Below are positions 1 to 12,742 of a stretch of DNA of 64,000 bases, in pieces (the first letter of the stretch is position 1; each line of letters begins with the position of its first letter). Location: NCBI GenBank assembly GCA_951406725.2, contig OX597819.1, positions 56,730,001 to 56,794,000 on the forward strand. The letters are read 5' to 3'. The translations under genes were made by a program, and so were the position numbers. The stretch is from Octopus vulgaris (Eukaryota). The notes under the pieces were generated by a model, which worked only from the letters and a program-made list of their open reading frames with translations, did no database searches and was not told the origin of the DNA.

Positions 1-1142
1 TCTGATTTACAGGTGTTTGAACTGAGTCAAGTGTGAAATGGAGTCTGTTGAATGTCGATCAGTGGTCCGGTTTTTGTATTTGAAAGGACGCATACCACGG
101 GAGACTTTTGATGAAATGAAAGTAACTTATTGTGATAATGCCCCATCATATGACCTTGTAAAACGCTGGCATCGTGAATTCAAACATGGTTGGAACTCTG
201 TGGAAACAGCTCCCAGATCTGGTCGCCCCCTTCTGCCATTGATGAGGCATCTGTCCGTCAAGTTGAGGCTTCCAGTTTGGAAGATCGACGCATAGCTATT
301 CGCCAAATAGCCCATGAGGTCAAGATTAGTACCGGGTCAGTGGAAACTATCATTCATGACCATTTGCATATGCAAAAGGTGTCTGCCAGATGGATTCCCA
401 GGTTGCTCACACCTTTCCAGAAGCAAGAACGCGTCGAGTGCTCGAGGATGAATTTGGAGACGTACCAAGAAGATGAGTCAAACTTTTTCAAAAGACTGAT
501 TTCACGGGATGAAACCTGGGTCCATCACTATGATCCAGAGACCAAAGCCCAGTCAATACAGTGGAAGTACCGTGACTCCCCTCCTCCAAAGAAGGCAAGG
601 GTGCAGCCCTCCGCTGGCAAGGTCATGCTCACAGTCTTCTGGGACCAGGACGGAGTAGTGATGACAGATTTCCTGGCAAATGGTGCCACAATTACAGGAG
701 CCTATTATGCTTCCCTTTTTTGCGGAAATTAAGAGAAGCTATCAAAATCAAGAGGCGGGGCAAGATCAGCAAAGGCATCCTCCTCCTGCAGGACAACGCT
801 CTGGTCCACAACTCGCGTGTCGCCAGATCAGAAGCACAGGCGTGCGGTTATGAACTCCTCCCCCATCCCCCTACTCTTCTGACCTTGCACCTTCTGATTT
901 TCACCTCTTCCCAGCCATGAAGTTGTTTTTGAAAGGAAAGCGTTTCCCAGATGATGCAGCCTTGATTTCTGAAGTCACGTCGTGGCTGGAGAAACGGTCT
1001 TCAGAGCTGCATCAAACAATGGGAGGAATGCGTAACTCTGGGTGGTTCCTATGTAGAAAAAGACTAATAACTGTGCCAAGTTTCGTTGCTCTACTGCTAT
1101 GGGATGTGGGTCAGGGGCATTACTTATTGAACGCCCCTCGTA
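1..1142 (+). mobile_element. Mariner (Tc1/mariner DD34D-type) transposon, frameshifted transposase and right TIR
   Basis: Overlapping ORFs 38-295, 190-732, 720-920 and 917-1177 give an HTH region, WIPRLL (WVPHEL-like), DETW, VMLTVFWD, QDNA and a frameshifted HPPYSSDLAPSDFHLF. It ends in TIR ...GGGCATTACTTATTGAACGCCCCTCG followed by TA at 1141-1142. The left end lies outside the window. Confidence 0.95.
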
Positions 1143-1899
1143 TATATATATATATTTATATATATATATATACATAATCAAAGCAGTTTTGCGAACGAGA
1201 ACGTGAAACTCTGAGTAGCACGTTTTGTGATGGTTTTCAACTTTAATTACAAAGTATATTACTCTACTTCCGGTTTTCGAGTAATATTTTAACCCACCTT
1301 GTTTCACATTTATGTGCTTACTTAGGTATATATGCATGTGCGTGTGTGTGTGTGTGTGTATGCGTGTGCGTCTGTGTATTTATGCGTGTGAGTACAGGTT
1401 TCTATTCACGTGTGTGTGTGTGTGTGTGTGAGTTTGCGTGGATATACGTATTGAAAATGCCGTGAAGCGGTTCAGCATAAAAGAGAGATAGAACATGTAC
1501 CAGACTTTAAAAAAAAAATACCGTAGTGGATTTGTCCGAATAACCCTTTGAAGGCATTGCCATAGAATGGCAGCACTTCAATGTCTGAAACTAGTAAAAG
1601 ATAAACGATAAAAGATCAATAGTGCTATAGATTGCGTCTTCCTGAAACGATGAAAAGTAGCTGATGTCTCACATCGATTGAAACAGACTTTGAAAGTCGC
1701 ATCACGTCGCTTCCATGTCTACTTGCCATCAAGTGTTGATGCTTCGAAGTCTACAAATACTACGCAGTTAACTTTGTGAGAAATGCGAGGAAGTATTCTG
1801 GAACTGATGACCAACGACACACGCCCAAAGATTCACTGCAAATAGTCAGCAGAATAAAGCTTTATACCCCCAGTTATTCATGCCTGGCTATATTGCCTC

Positions 1900-2640
1900 A
1901 AAGTGGAAGATACGTATCCAAAGGCCTCAAAGTGTAAGTAACACTGATAACCAAATTAGCCTATTTTGAACTACTAGCGACTGAGATTTTAGCTCTCGCT
2001 TTGAAGGACATCCTTTTGTAATAGAGGATCAAGAAATAATTAAATATGTGACGCATAAATATAATAGGGTCACTAATAAACCACGCTTAAACGTCATGAG
2101 ATGCATACTGATTGCGACAATCTCGCTCTCGCCATAGATAGTTGTCATCGTGTATCAGTTACGTATGAGGCATGGTGTAATGTTCAGAAATGATGACCCT
2201 GGGGCTATAAATGTAAGGAACCCCAGTAACTCATAATATTAAGAAAACACTGGTAGAAAATTAAAACTAAGAAGTCAGTAAAATGCAAGTATAGCACACT
2301 GATTATAATTATCTTCGAGAGAAGAACGAGATTGTTATTTGTACAGTAGTGAATACTGCCTAGTTGGTGTCGTGTCGGTATATTATAGATTAGTGAAAAA
2401 GAAAACGTATACAGCTCAAAAAAGAGAAATCAGCAGCGACTACATACAGACTAAACTTTCAGATTTATAGTATGATAACAAGAGCATTTGGATATCTTAC
2501 GAACTGCTTCACAGGCAGTTTGAGAAGTTGATCGTCACAAAATATGTAATGACAAGGCTAATCAGGAAATCACACCTCTGAACTATTCATAAAAGTTATT
2601 ACGAAAATATCTAAAAACTTCCAGAAGTTCAGAATGTTCT
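1900..2640 (+). mobile_element. Highly decayed R4/Dong-like (RLE) LINE 3' region
   Basis: ATGAGGCATGGT (MRHG, RHD-like) at ~2165. Nucleotides 2250-2500 align by eye to the endonuclease region of the element at 62160-62410. Confidence 0.55.
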
Positions 2641-2692
2641 AAGTGCATATACGCACGTAGTGATATGCAAGTCTATATACGTATACGTAAGA

Positions 2693-2920
2693 GGGCGGCG
2701 AGCTGGCAGAGACGTTAGCACGCCGGGCGGAATGCGTAACCGTATTTCCTCTGCCGTTACGTTCTGAGTTCAAATTCCGCCGAGGTCGACTTTGCCTTTC
2801 ATTCTTTCGGGGTCTATAAATTAAGTACCAATTCACTGGGGTCGATGTGATCGACTTAATCCGTTTGTCTGTCCTTGTTTGTCCCCTCTGTGTTTAGCCC
2901 CTTGTGGGTAGTAAAGAAAT
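2693..2920 (+). mobile_element. tRNA-derived SINE, family B (GGCGGCGAGCTGGCAGA... head)
   Basis: B-box-like GAGTTCAAATTCC. Near-identical copies at 7100, 9420-10060, 44075 and 59079. Confidence 0.9.
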
Positions 2921-3104
2921 ATATATATATATACATATACGTAAGTCAAATTGTACGAATTCACATATAAGCGACATCCTTGCTTGAAGACATGTATACG
3001 TGTGCACAGACACATGTATATGCTTATATGCACACGTATATTTTTCTCTAGACATGCATGCACAGTGCATATATACATCAATATGTAAAAAATAGATACA
3101 TATG

Positions 3105-3155
<51 letters not shown>

Positions 3156-3159
3156 CATA

Positions 3160-3320
3160 TATACGACGCGCATCTTTCAGTTTCAGCCTACCAAATCCAC
3201 TCACAAGGCTTTGGTCGGCCCGAGACTATAGTAGAAGATACTTGCCTAAGGTGCAACGCAGTGGGACTGAACCCGGAACCATGTGGTTCGTAAGCAAGCT
3301 ACTTACCACAAAGCCACTCC
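3160..3320 (-). mobile_element. tRNA-derived SINE, family A, 5' half
   Basis: Reverse complement of the GGAGTGGCTGTGTGGTAAG...GGTTCAGTCCC head shared with 7540, 12241, 17785 and 52580. Confidence 0.9.
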
Positions 3321-3743
3321 TATATATATATACATATATATAAATTATCATTATGTATGTATATATATATGTATAGTATATACATGTACATAGAAACACA
3401 CAAAGAGATGACTTGAGAAAGTGTGAAACAAGGAGATTTAACAGATCTCAGTGTAGAGAAGTCATGAAACTAGTCTCACATATAAGGTTCTTTCTTTCTT
3501 ACTGACTGTAAATGTTACACAGAATTGCACCGTAAACAAAACAGAACAAACAAAATGTTTTCAAAGATTTCTTAACATTGAAATAGATGTTAAATATTAT
3601 TATTTACTTAGCATTAAGACGGAATGTATAGCATAGTTAAACAATAGTTTGCACTGATGCTGTCAGTTCATTTAGTGAGAGAACATCTTGAGAATCCTTA
3701 CAAAGGTTCTGCTCAGAGATTTAGTATATATTAGAGGCTTATT

Positions 3744-4069
3744 AAAGACTCCGCCGGTTACGACGACGAGGGTCCCAGCTGATACGATCAACGGAACAGC
3801 TTGCTCGTGAAATTAACGTGCAAATGGCTGAGCATTCCACAGACACGTGTACCCTTAACGTAGTTCTCGGGGATAATCAGCGTGACACAGAGAGTGACAA
3901 GGCTGACCCTTTGAAGTACAAGTACAACTCATTTTTGCCAGCTGAGTGGACTGGAGCAACGTGAAATAAAGTGTCTTGCTCTCAAGGACACAACGCGTCG
4001 CCGGGAATCGAACTCACAACCTTACGATCATGAGCCGAATGCCCTAACCACTAAGCCACGCGCCCTCAC
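3744..4069 (-). mobile_element. tRNA-derived SINE, family C, with 12-bp TSD
   Basis: Head GTGGCTTAGTGG...GAGTTCGATTCCC, then TGTGTCCTTGAG..CAAGACACTTT. Flanked by the direct repeat TAGAGGCTTATT at 3732-3743 and 4070-4081. Confidence 0.9.
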
Positions 4070-4215
4070 TAGAGGCTTATTGATAATCCTCTAGTTGTCA
4101 TGGAAACCCTGTATATTTGCTTATCCTCATGAGTTTGTGTTAAGATTTTCCATGGCTTTAAAAGTCTTCAAGGCATATTACTTGTGTTCATTTTATAATA
4201 CATAAGTTTTAAAAG

Positions 4216-4739
4216 ATTATAATTGTTGTCAATGGAAATGTTCCATTATATTCTTATTTGTCACTTCATGAAATTCCTGAAGACACCTCATTAGCGAATT
4301 CAGTATATCAGTTATATGATATCAACGATGACAAAAACACAAAAACAATGGTAAACAACAATTTTTTCTTCCTTCAGTATTGTCACTTTTAGTTTGCAGT
4401 GATTATTTCCACATTTTAATATCAACATCATTATTGAAACGTCTCTGGCCTTTGATTACTTCAAGCGATGTCAAATATTTCTCATGACATCTGACGTGTC
4501 TTCTGTTAACAAGGTTGGATCTGTGTTTGTTGCTCGCAAATTACTTTTGCCTAAGATTATCTTCTATAATCATAAGGCCACCTTATAGTGAATTCAACCT
4601 TATATTGAATATTGCTCTCATATTTGCGTACGTATCTCTCTCCTCAGAGTTACTTAATTTGTTTTATCGAATTCAGAATGGTGTCGTCAGCATGAATTTC
4701 GATGAACATCTGTTTGCTATAGAGTTTTCTCTGCTCTAA
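4216..4739 (+). pseudogene. Decayed cadherin-repeat coding relic
   Basis: Manual translation: VVNGNVPLY..EIPEDTSLANSVYQLYDINDD, then a frameshifted IVTFSLQ*LFPHFNIN..IETSLAFDY, then YRIQNG..LFAIE. These resemble the DxNDNxPxF, PE, AxDxD, F-x-I and LDYE cadherin motifs in the expected order. Confidence 0.45.
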
Positions 4740-4983
4740 AACAAAATGTTCCTTCTTGAGCCATAAGCGCCGGTTTCCCAGTTTCAGTGGCGTAGAAATT
4801 CCCCACCTGGACGGGATGCCGGCCCGTTGCAGGATTACTCATTTTTGCCAGATGAATGGACTGGAGAAACTTGAAATGAAATGTTTTGCTCAAGAACACA
4901 ACGCATCGCCCGGTCCAGGAATCGAAACCACAACATTACAATCATGAGTTCAACACCCTAACTACTAAGCCACGCGCCTCCAC
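4737..4983 (-). mobile_element. tRNA-derived SINE (family C-related head)
   Basis: Head GTGGAGGCGCGTGGCTTAGTAG...GGTTTCGATTCC and a TGTGTTCTTGAGCAAAACA core similar to 3744-4069. Confidence 0.85.
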
Positions 4984-5039
4984 TTCTGTACTCTGACGTT
5001 CTTTTAACATTTTATCTTTTAAATTACCATTGAAAAAGA

Positions 5040-5570
5040 GAAAAATCTTTGAAACCTGGATGACATTTTAATAAATTTATAAAAAGTTTAAATATATCTA
5101 CATGAGTAGTGATGCCGCATTCCATGTGTATAATGCCAGGATGTCAACACGGTGCCTATGAGTAGCTGGATGGATCCTTAGATCATTCAAAACCAGAAAT
5201 TAGGATACGTTGCTACTCCCATGGAAGACATTTGTCTCCAGTCGTCTGAACTACTGCTTCCTAATATGGTGAAACAGATGAGCTGCTGGGACAGGCTAGA
5301 AGAACTGAAGTTCTACTTCATGGAGGAAAAGAGAGAAAGTTATGCAGTGATATGCATATGGAAGATCCTGGAAGATCTATCTCTCGAGGTTTCAATTAAA
5401 ACCCATACCAACTACAGAGGTGGATGGCACTGTATCCTACCAAAGATACTGTCTTTTTCATCTCAGATAAGGACCCATTATTGCAAAAGATTGGTTTTCA
5501 GGGGACCCTAACTGTATAACACCCTGTCAAAGATCTGCAATCTGTAAATGTGGAAACGCTCAAGAAGGAC
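5040..5570 (+). mobile_element. CR1/L2-like LINE 3' ORF2 fragment, decayed
   Basis: ORF 5221-5511 SCWDRLEELKFYFMEEKRESYAVICIWKILEDL resembles the CR1-type C-terminal Y..RL..L.LYSLERRR...I.IWKIL.G. Confidence 0.7.
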
Positions 5571-5697
5571 CTCAGTTTGAACAATTTTCATGATGGTTCA
5601 TATTTAGATGCTTTTATTACATTCATTTAGTTGTTACACATAAATAAATCTCGGAATTAAATCGTGTTGATTTACTGTCAGGTGACTTTGAGCAATC

Positions 5698-5766
<69 letters not shown>

Positions 5767-5812
5767 GTTATCTGGCCTTCGGAATAATCTTTTGTTGTCT
5801 TACCATTTATAT

Positions 5813-5860
<48 letters not shown>

Positions 5861-6149
5861 ATGTGTGTGTGTGTGTGTGTGTGTATGTGTGTGTGTGTCT
5901 GCGTGTGTGTGTGTGTATTCATAGGACGGTCTTCCGCATAACTTACGTCTAACATATTCACTCACTAGGTACTGATCGGTTCGGGTCTATATAGAAGACA
6001 CGTACCCAAGGTGCGATATTTGCTGAGATTCAGCGGAACTGCATATGAAACCACGTCATTGAAATGCGAGATTCGTAACCACGCAGACATGACTGCGCCT
6101 ATAAATATACTGATGCAGTTAGCTACATTCAACTGAGGGTAAAGAATAA

Positions 6150-6462
6150 GGGCCCCCTTCAGACATGAATGACCATGGGACTACACCAAGAAAGTCCCCC
6201 TCCTTGACACAAATGCGGGCAAAATTATTTATGAAAAACCACAGTCGTACATGCATACCATCCTCCCTTCTTCCACACCACTGATGTTATCCAAGGCAAA
6301 GGCAAAGGCCAATCCAGTTTGGTACCAGTGACGATGTGTGAACTGGAGCAACGTGAAATAAATGTCTTGCTCAAGAACACAACAGCCTGGTTCGGGAAAT
6401 CGAACTCAGAATCTCATAATCTTGAGCCCGACACTCTAACCACTGCGATATGCACCTTCACA
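6150..6462 (-). mobile_element. tRNA-derived SINE (family C-related), diverged
   Basis: Shares CTGGAGCAACGTGAAATAAA..TCTTGCTCAAG..CACAAC..GGGAA.TCGAACTCA with 3950-4020. Confidence 0.75.
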
Positions 6463-7099
6463 CATTCAACTAAACAGTTATAGAGAAAAGTAAAACAATC
6501 ATTGAGAAATACTTAATTGTATACCGTGAAACATACCATTAAATATTTCTGTAAATGAAGGTATCCTCTTCCTCCATAAGTATTGGGTTTGGAGAAGACG
6601 AAATAAATGCAGCACTAGGCGATTTCATTTATCTTCCTAAATGAATCATGTAATTTCCTCTTTATAAAGAATCTGGCTTTGAATGTGTTTGGGCTAACAC
6701 AGTTATCTAGTCGAGAAAACACGTTCACTACATGTTGAAATAAATTACAGAAACACATTTAGTAAAAGCTGCTAGCAATAAAAACATCCTTTGTTCCATA
6801 TAAACATTAATTGTGCCTACACCTGCTCACTGCATTTATAACACAGAACTACGATTCTTTACAAAAGCTGACCAACAGATGATATAAAGAGAAAAAATTA
6901 CGGCAATAAAACATGCAAAGAACATGTCATTTAACAATTTCGGTGTGAAGCGATTCCATGCAACGGTTCAGCTCGCTGGACATATCACGTTAATCTACTC
7001 TACATGGTAACGTTAAAAACAATCGACTCAACGATTAATTCAGTAACGCATGTAATATGCGTGAGTAGATTAAAGCTGGTGATATGTTTTCTCAACGAA

Positions 7100-7356
7100 A
7101 GGCGTCGAGCTGGCAGAAACGTTAGCACGCCAAGCGAAACGCCAAGCGAAACGCCAAGCGAAGCGCCCAGCGGTATTTCGTCTGCCGGTACGTTCTGAGT
7201 TCAAATTCCGCCGAGGTCGACTTTGCCTTTCATCCTTTTGGGGTCGATTAAATAAGTAGCAGTTACGCACTGGGGTCGATGTAATCGACTTAATACCTAT
7301 GTCTGTCAATGTTTGTCTTCCCTGTGTATAGCCCCTTGTGAGTAGTAAAGAAATAG
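7100..7356 (+). mobile_element. SINE family B with internal 12-bp triplication
   Basis: Same sequence as 2693-2920, with ACGCCAAGCGAA repeated three times. Confidence 0.9.
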
Positions 7357-7539
7357 ATATGTTTTCTCAATGAATGCTGATGTTTTTACTGCTGACATGG
7401 GGATTAAACCCCAATATCAACATATCTTACCAATTAAAAATTGTGCCAAGTGTTTTCAAGAATCACAGTGTTATGTAAAATTTTGTGTTTATAATTCATT
7501 TCTCTTTCGAATACAAGTTTACGAAGGAATATTTGCAAT

Positions 7540-7719
7540 GGCGTAGGCGTAGGAGTGGCTGTGTGGTAAGTAGCTTGCTTATGAACCACAGGGTTCTGGG
7601 TTCAGTCCCACTGCGTGGCACCTTGGGCAAGTGTCTTCTACTATAGCCTCGGGCCGACCAAAGCCTTGTGAGCGGATTTGGTAGACGGAAGCTGAAAGAA
7701 ACTCGTCGTATATATATAA

Positions 7720-7790
<71 letters not shown>

Positions 7791-8057
7791 TGTGAGAGTG
7801 TGTGTGTGTTTGTGTGTGTGTGTGTGTATGTGTGTGTTTGTGTGTGTGTGTGTTTGAGTGTGTCTGTTTGTCCCCCAAAATCACTTGACAACCGATGCTG
7901 GTGTGTTTACGACCCCGTTACTTAGCGGTTCGGCAAAAGAGATCGATAGAATAAGTATTAGGCTTACAAAGAATAGGTCCTGGGGTCGATTTGCTCGACT
8001 ACAGGCGGTGTTCCAGCATGGCCGCAGTCAAATGACTGAAACAAGTAAAAAAGTAAA
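7540..8057 (+). mobile_element. SINE family A, full length, with internal (TA)n(TG)n tract
   Basis: tRNA-like head, internal microsatellite and the conserved tail ...CAGCATGGCCGCAGTCAAATGACTGAAACAAGTAAAA. Confidence 0.92.
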
Positions 8058-9419
8058 GACTACTGAAGAATGCATACGTCAAGTAAGCGACAAGCACAAC
8101 CAGTTGTATCTCGGGAGCAAATACGGCGTCGTAATATGTACCTAACTTTCTCTAATTATTTCAGATGCCTGTGTAGCCTCGGTTAGATGTAGACACAGAC
8201 TGAGGCACTAATGATATTTTTGTTTAATTGAAAGTGTCCAAGATGGGATAACTGGAGTGACGAAAAGAGATGGCGGCCCCAGAATTCTGCTATTGTTCAT
8301 TACAGCTGATTTTACTTGTGCAAATGGGGTTTACTCAGGATCCCTCCCGTCCAGCTGGGGGGAACATATGCGCCATAGAACCCGGGAAACCCGGCCCATG
8401 AGCCTGACTAGGCTTGAAAAGGGCGCATAAATAAATGAAAAATTAGGTTCATAAACCAAACGCGTTAACCACTAGGCTACGTAACTCCAATGTAAAATCA
8501 GTAAAGTGTAATTCAATTATAGAGATATTTATTATACTTGCAATTTCTCCAACATTATAAATATATCTATAATTGAATTGACTAAATTTAACATTGACTT
8601 TAACCCTTTACAATTGTATGTTACAATACATTCATACATCCATGCTTACTTACATTTATAGCAATAACAATTGGTGCACTTGCTTTTATTATTTAACAGT
8701 AAATGCCAAAGTGGCAATCTGGGCAAGCTAGGGTTTTCAGAAAAAATATCGACCTGCTAACTCACAAACTACTAATAAAATCTCAAAGAAGAAGAAGAAT
8801 AAAAAATACATGCAAAATACATGCAAGACTTTACTCAATTTCGTGATGTGAGATAGTCTTTGTTATCTTCATTCCAAAGATAGAGCTTTGCATCTTTGTT
8901 AGAAACCAGCTCTTTCCGTATAGGAAAATATCTAATAACTAAAGTGCATACAGACACACATACATGCCATGCATACATACATACGTGCATACGTGCGTAC
9001 ATACATAAATACGTACATTCATGCACACACTCACATACTAACATACACGCCTTCGTACACACACATGAATATATATTGCATCTGTGTGCATGTGGAGGGG
9101 GGCATTGAATTATCTTGAAAATCCCATGAATGCAAAATTTATAGAGCGTACGAAAATAAACGACAAACTTATAATTGGAGATGTAGAGGAAATGTGTACT
9201 AAGTCCCTAATAACGTTACATATATTGAACTACAGTGAAGTGCAAATTTCAGCGAAACCCAGAAACAAATAAAGACAACAGGAAATCTTTCTCGGCATAA
9301 ATGACTAATATTTCAATTTACTTGTTCGACGAAATATCATATCCAACTATAATCGAAATAATTGATATTGTTTAAGCATCTTTGTATGTATATCCAGTGA
9401 ATTTCTTGTTACATATTCT

Positions 9420-10060
9420 TTTCTACTCTAGGCACAATACCCGAAATTTTGGGGGACGGGACCAGTCGATTAGCACGTCCCCAGTACGCAGCTGGTACTT
9501 AATTTATCGACCCCTAAAGGATGAAAAGCCATGTCGACTTCGGCGGAATTTGAACTCAGAACGTAAAGACGGACGAAATGCCGCTAAGCATTTTGCCCGG
9601 CGTGCTAACGTTTCTTATTTCGTTATTGCCCACAAGGGGCTAAACATAGAGGGGACAAACAAGGAAGGATAAAGGGATTTAGTCTATTACATCACCCCAG
9701 TGCGTAACTGGTACTTAATTTATCGACTCCGAAAGGATGAAAGGCAAAGTCGACCTCGGCGGAATTTGAACTCAGAACGTAAAGACGGACGAAATGCCGC
9801 TAAGCATTTTGCCCGGCGTGCTAACGTTTCTTATTTCTTTATTGCACACAAGTGGCTAAACATAGAGGGGACAAACAAGGAAGGATAAAGGGATTTAGTC
9901 TATTACATCACCCCAGTGCGTAACTGGTACTTAATTTATCGACTCCGAAAGGATGAAAGGCAAAGTCGACCTCGGCGGAATTTGAACTCAGAACGTAACG
10001 GCTGACGGAATACCGCTACCCATTTCTCGCAGCGTGCTAACGTTTCTGCCAGCTCACCTC
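9420..10060 (-). repeat. Tandem array of SINE family B, 216-bp period
   Basis: CCCCAGT..CTGGTACTTAATTTATCGAC recurs at 9479, 9695 and 9911. Only the last unit keeps the complete 5' head. Confidence 0.9.
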
Positions 10061-10816
10061 CTTTCATATTGCCAATGTCATTATTAATTAGACATAATGC
10101 GAATATCTCTTGCATGTCTTTCATATAACTGTTTCCGTGTTTGCATGTGTAGCTCTCTCGACCACTTCTGCACGTCTGCTTTTTTTTTTATTTTCAGTTA
10201 GCAATTTTGATTCACTCTTCTACGTTTAGTCATTACTCTAAACAAACAAACAAACAAAAAAGTCATAAACAACGCTTCCAACAACGAAGAAGCCGCTACG
10301 CGTGCTACCCTACATACAATGGACTAATGAAAATATCCTCCCCATTTGTCGTTGAATATACATGAAAAACGCACTAAAATCTTCTTAAAATAATGATTTC
10401 TGCTTAAGGCACAAGGTTAGTAATTATGAGGGCAGAGGGTTAATCGATATCATTCACTCCAGTACTTGATTGGTACTCTGTTCATTTTCCTCGGCAAAAT
10501 GAAAACCAACATTAACCCTCAACAGTATTTAAACTCGGAAGGTAAAAAGTCGGAGCAAATACTCCGAAGCATTTTGCCAGCTCACACAGAAAGTGATAGT
10601 TGCCGTAGTATAGATTCCAGTTTGCTTGGCACATAGTAAGTAGCTATAAAACAAGAAGAACATGGAAAACCTCGATTTGTGAGCTGTAGCGATGATTTCT
10701 CTCACCCGTTTTTAAATATAACCCTACACGATATGTCTCCTTTACAGTACATATACATCTACCGTCTTAGAAATGGATTATATAGCAATCACACCCTCTC
10801 ACCATTCACCAAATAC

Positions 10817-10858
<42 letters not shown>

Positions 10859-10859
10859 A

Positions 10860-10911
<52 letters not shown>

Positions 10912-12240
10912 TTAGGGAGTATGGCTGCAAACTAAAGTTGAGTTGCGTAATAGTGGTTTTATCTCTAATTCATGTTATGTATATATATATATCTTGTAAT
11001 TTATAACACCAAACTGTATTGTAAAATTTACTATATTCTCAGCCTCCATTACTGAAAGCAGCTTTGAAAACCCTTCAGCTACAACAAAGACACATGTAGT
11101 TACCACAATCCGATATACACATAAGTTCCAAATTATAGGAATTATGTACAGCACTTTCACAATACTCCTAGTTTGCGTAGAAGACATATGAAAGAAAGAA
11201 TGAATAACGAAAAGAAAAGCAAAGTAGAACATTCATAAGCAAAGCATTTATTTAAATTGTCAAAACACTACATACGAGAAGAATAATTACGATCTATGGT
11301 GGTTATATCAGTTCCTTATGAGAATGAAAAGCAAAACTTATAAACAGTAAAGAACAGAAAAATGTGTATTTCAAATCAGTGAACATTTTATAGAGAACAA
11401 CAAGCCCAGAAGGGAGCCTGTTTACTGCCGCCTGATCTTCTAGAAATAGCCTCTATAAGCCAAGTTGAAAACAGGAAGAACTCGCTTTAAATACATACTC
11501 TCTAAAATGGTGTGGATGCAGACTTTTGAAAAATGTAATAGATTATGATGAGGAAGAGTTAATGTAGAATGAGATGGAGAAGGTATAAATTTACTATGAT
11601 CAGAGATCTGCTCATTCAGCAACAGTAAGTGCAGTAACAGCAACATATTACATTTAAGACAAAACAGGTATTGAATTAATTAAACAACTCTTCGATATTC
11701 GAAGAGTAAAATGTTTCTCAGAGCAAAGTCTAATCCTCTTAATTCCAGCTACTCCCTGTGCAATGAACAAACCAATTGAAGAATAAACCAACTGAAGTTA
11801 GTCACTCAAACTATTAGAAATAGCAGCCAATCTTCACTTGTATTGCATCCTGCAACCTTAAAACATTGTCCATATTGTATAAGCAGTCGCAGATACAATA
11901 TCACAAGCTAGTCTTACAGGTTAACTCTTTAATTATATTATCGTTATTTATGGTAAAAACTGTTCCAGACAATGATGTTCTCTTCTCTGTGTCAAAATCA
12001 TTGTTGTACAGTGTTATTACATTTAATGTTTCCACGATTGGCAGAAATATATAGACGTTTTACTGTCATATTTTATGAGGTCTGAGATTCGACATTGAAA
12101 CGACCAACTAAACCGACAAACTAGGCAAAAGCGGATTTACAGTCAAGTTGTTGACTATGGGCTATGTTAATTGTCAGGAAAGACGTTATTGGTATGCAAA
12201 ATTAGAGAAGATAGCAAGCATTATAAAATATATGCTTATA

Positions 12241-12394
12241 GGCGTAGGTATAGCCGTGTGGTAAGAAGTTTGCTTCCCAACCATATGGTTACGGGTTCAG
12301 TCCCACTTCGTGGCACTTTAGGTAAGTGTCCTCTACAATTACCTCGGGCCTACCAAAGCATTATGAGTAGATTTGGTAGACGGAAACTGAAAGT

Positions 12395-12486
<92 letters not shown>

Positions 12487-12709
12487 TATGTGTGTGTGTG
12501 TGTATATGGTTGTGTGTCTGTGTTTGTCCCTCCACCGTAGCTTGACAACTGATGTTGCGTGTTTACCTCCCTGTAACTTAGCAGTTCAGCAAAAGTGTCC
12601 GACACAATAAGTACTAGGCTTACAGAGTATAAGTCCTGGGGTCGATTTGTTCGACTAAAGGGGGTACTCCAGCATGGCCACAGTCAAACGGCTGAAACAA
12701 GTAAAAGAG

Positions 12710-12710
<1 letters not shown>
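12241..12710 (+). mobile_element. SINE family A
   Basis: Head, internal microsatellite and tail homologous to 7540-8057. Confidence 0.9.

Positions 12711-12742
<32 letters not shown>

Noticed and set aside
3990-4069. tRNA gene candidates (also at 50677-50738 and 55580-55630)
   Set aside because: A/B boxes are present, but they are SINE heads without a complete cloverleaf and continue into SINE bodies.
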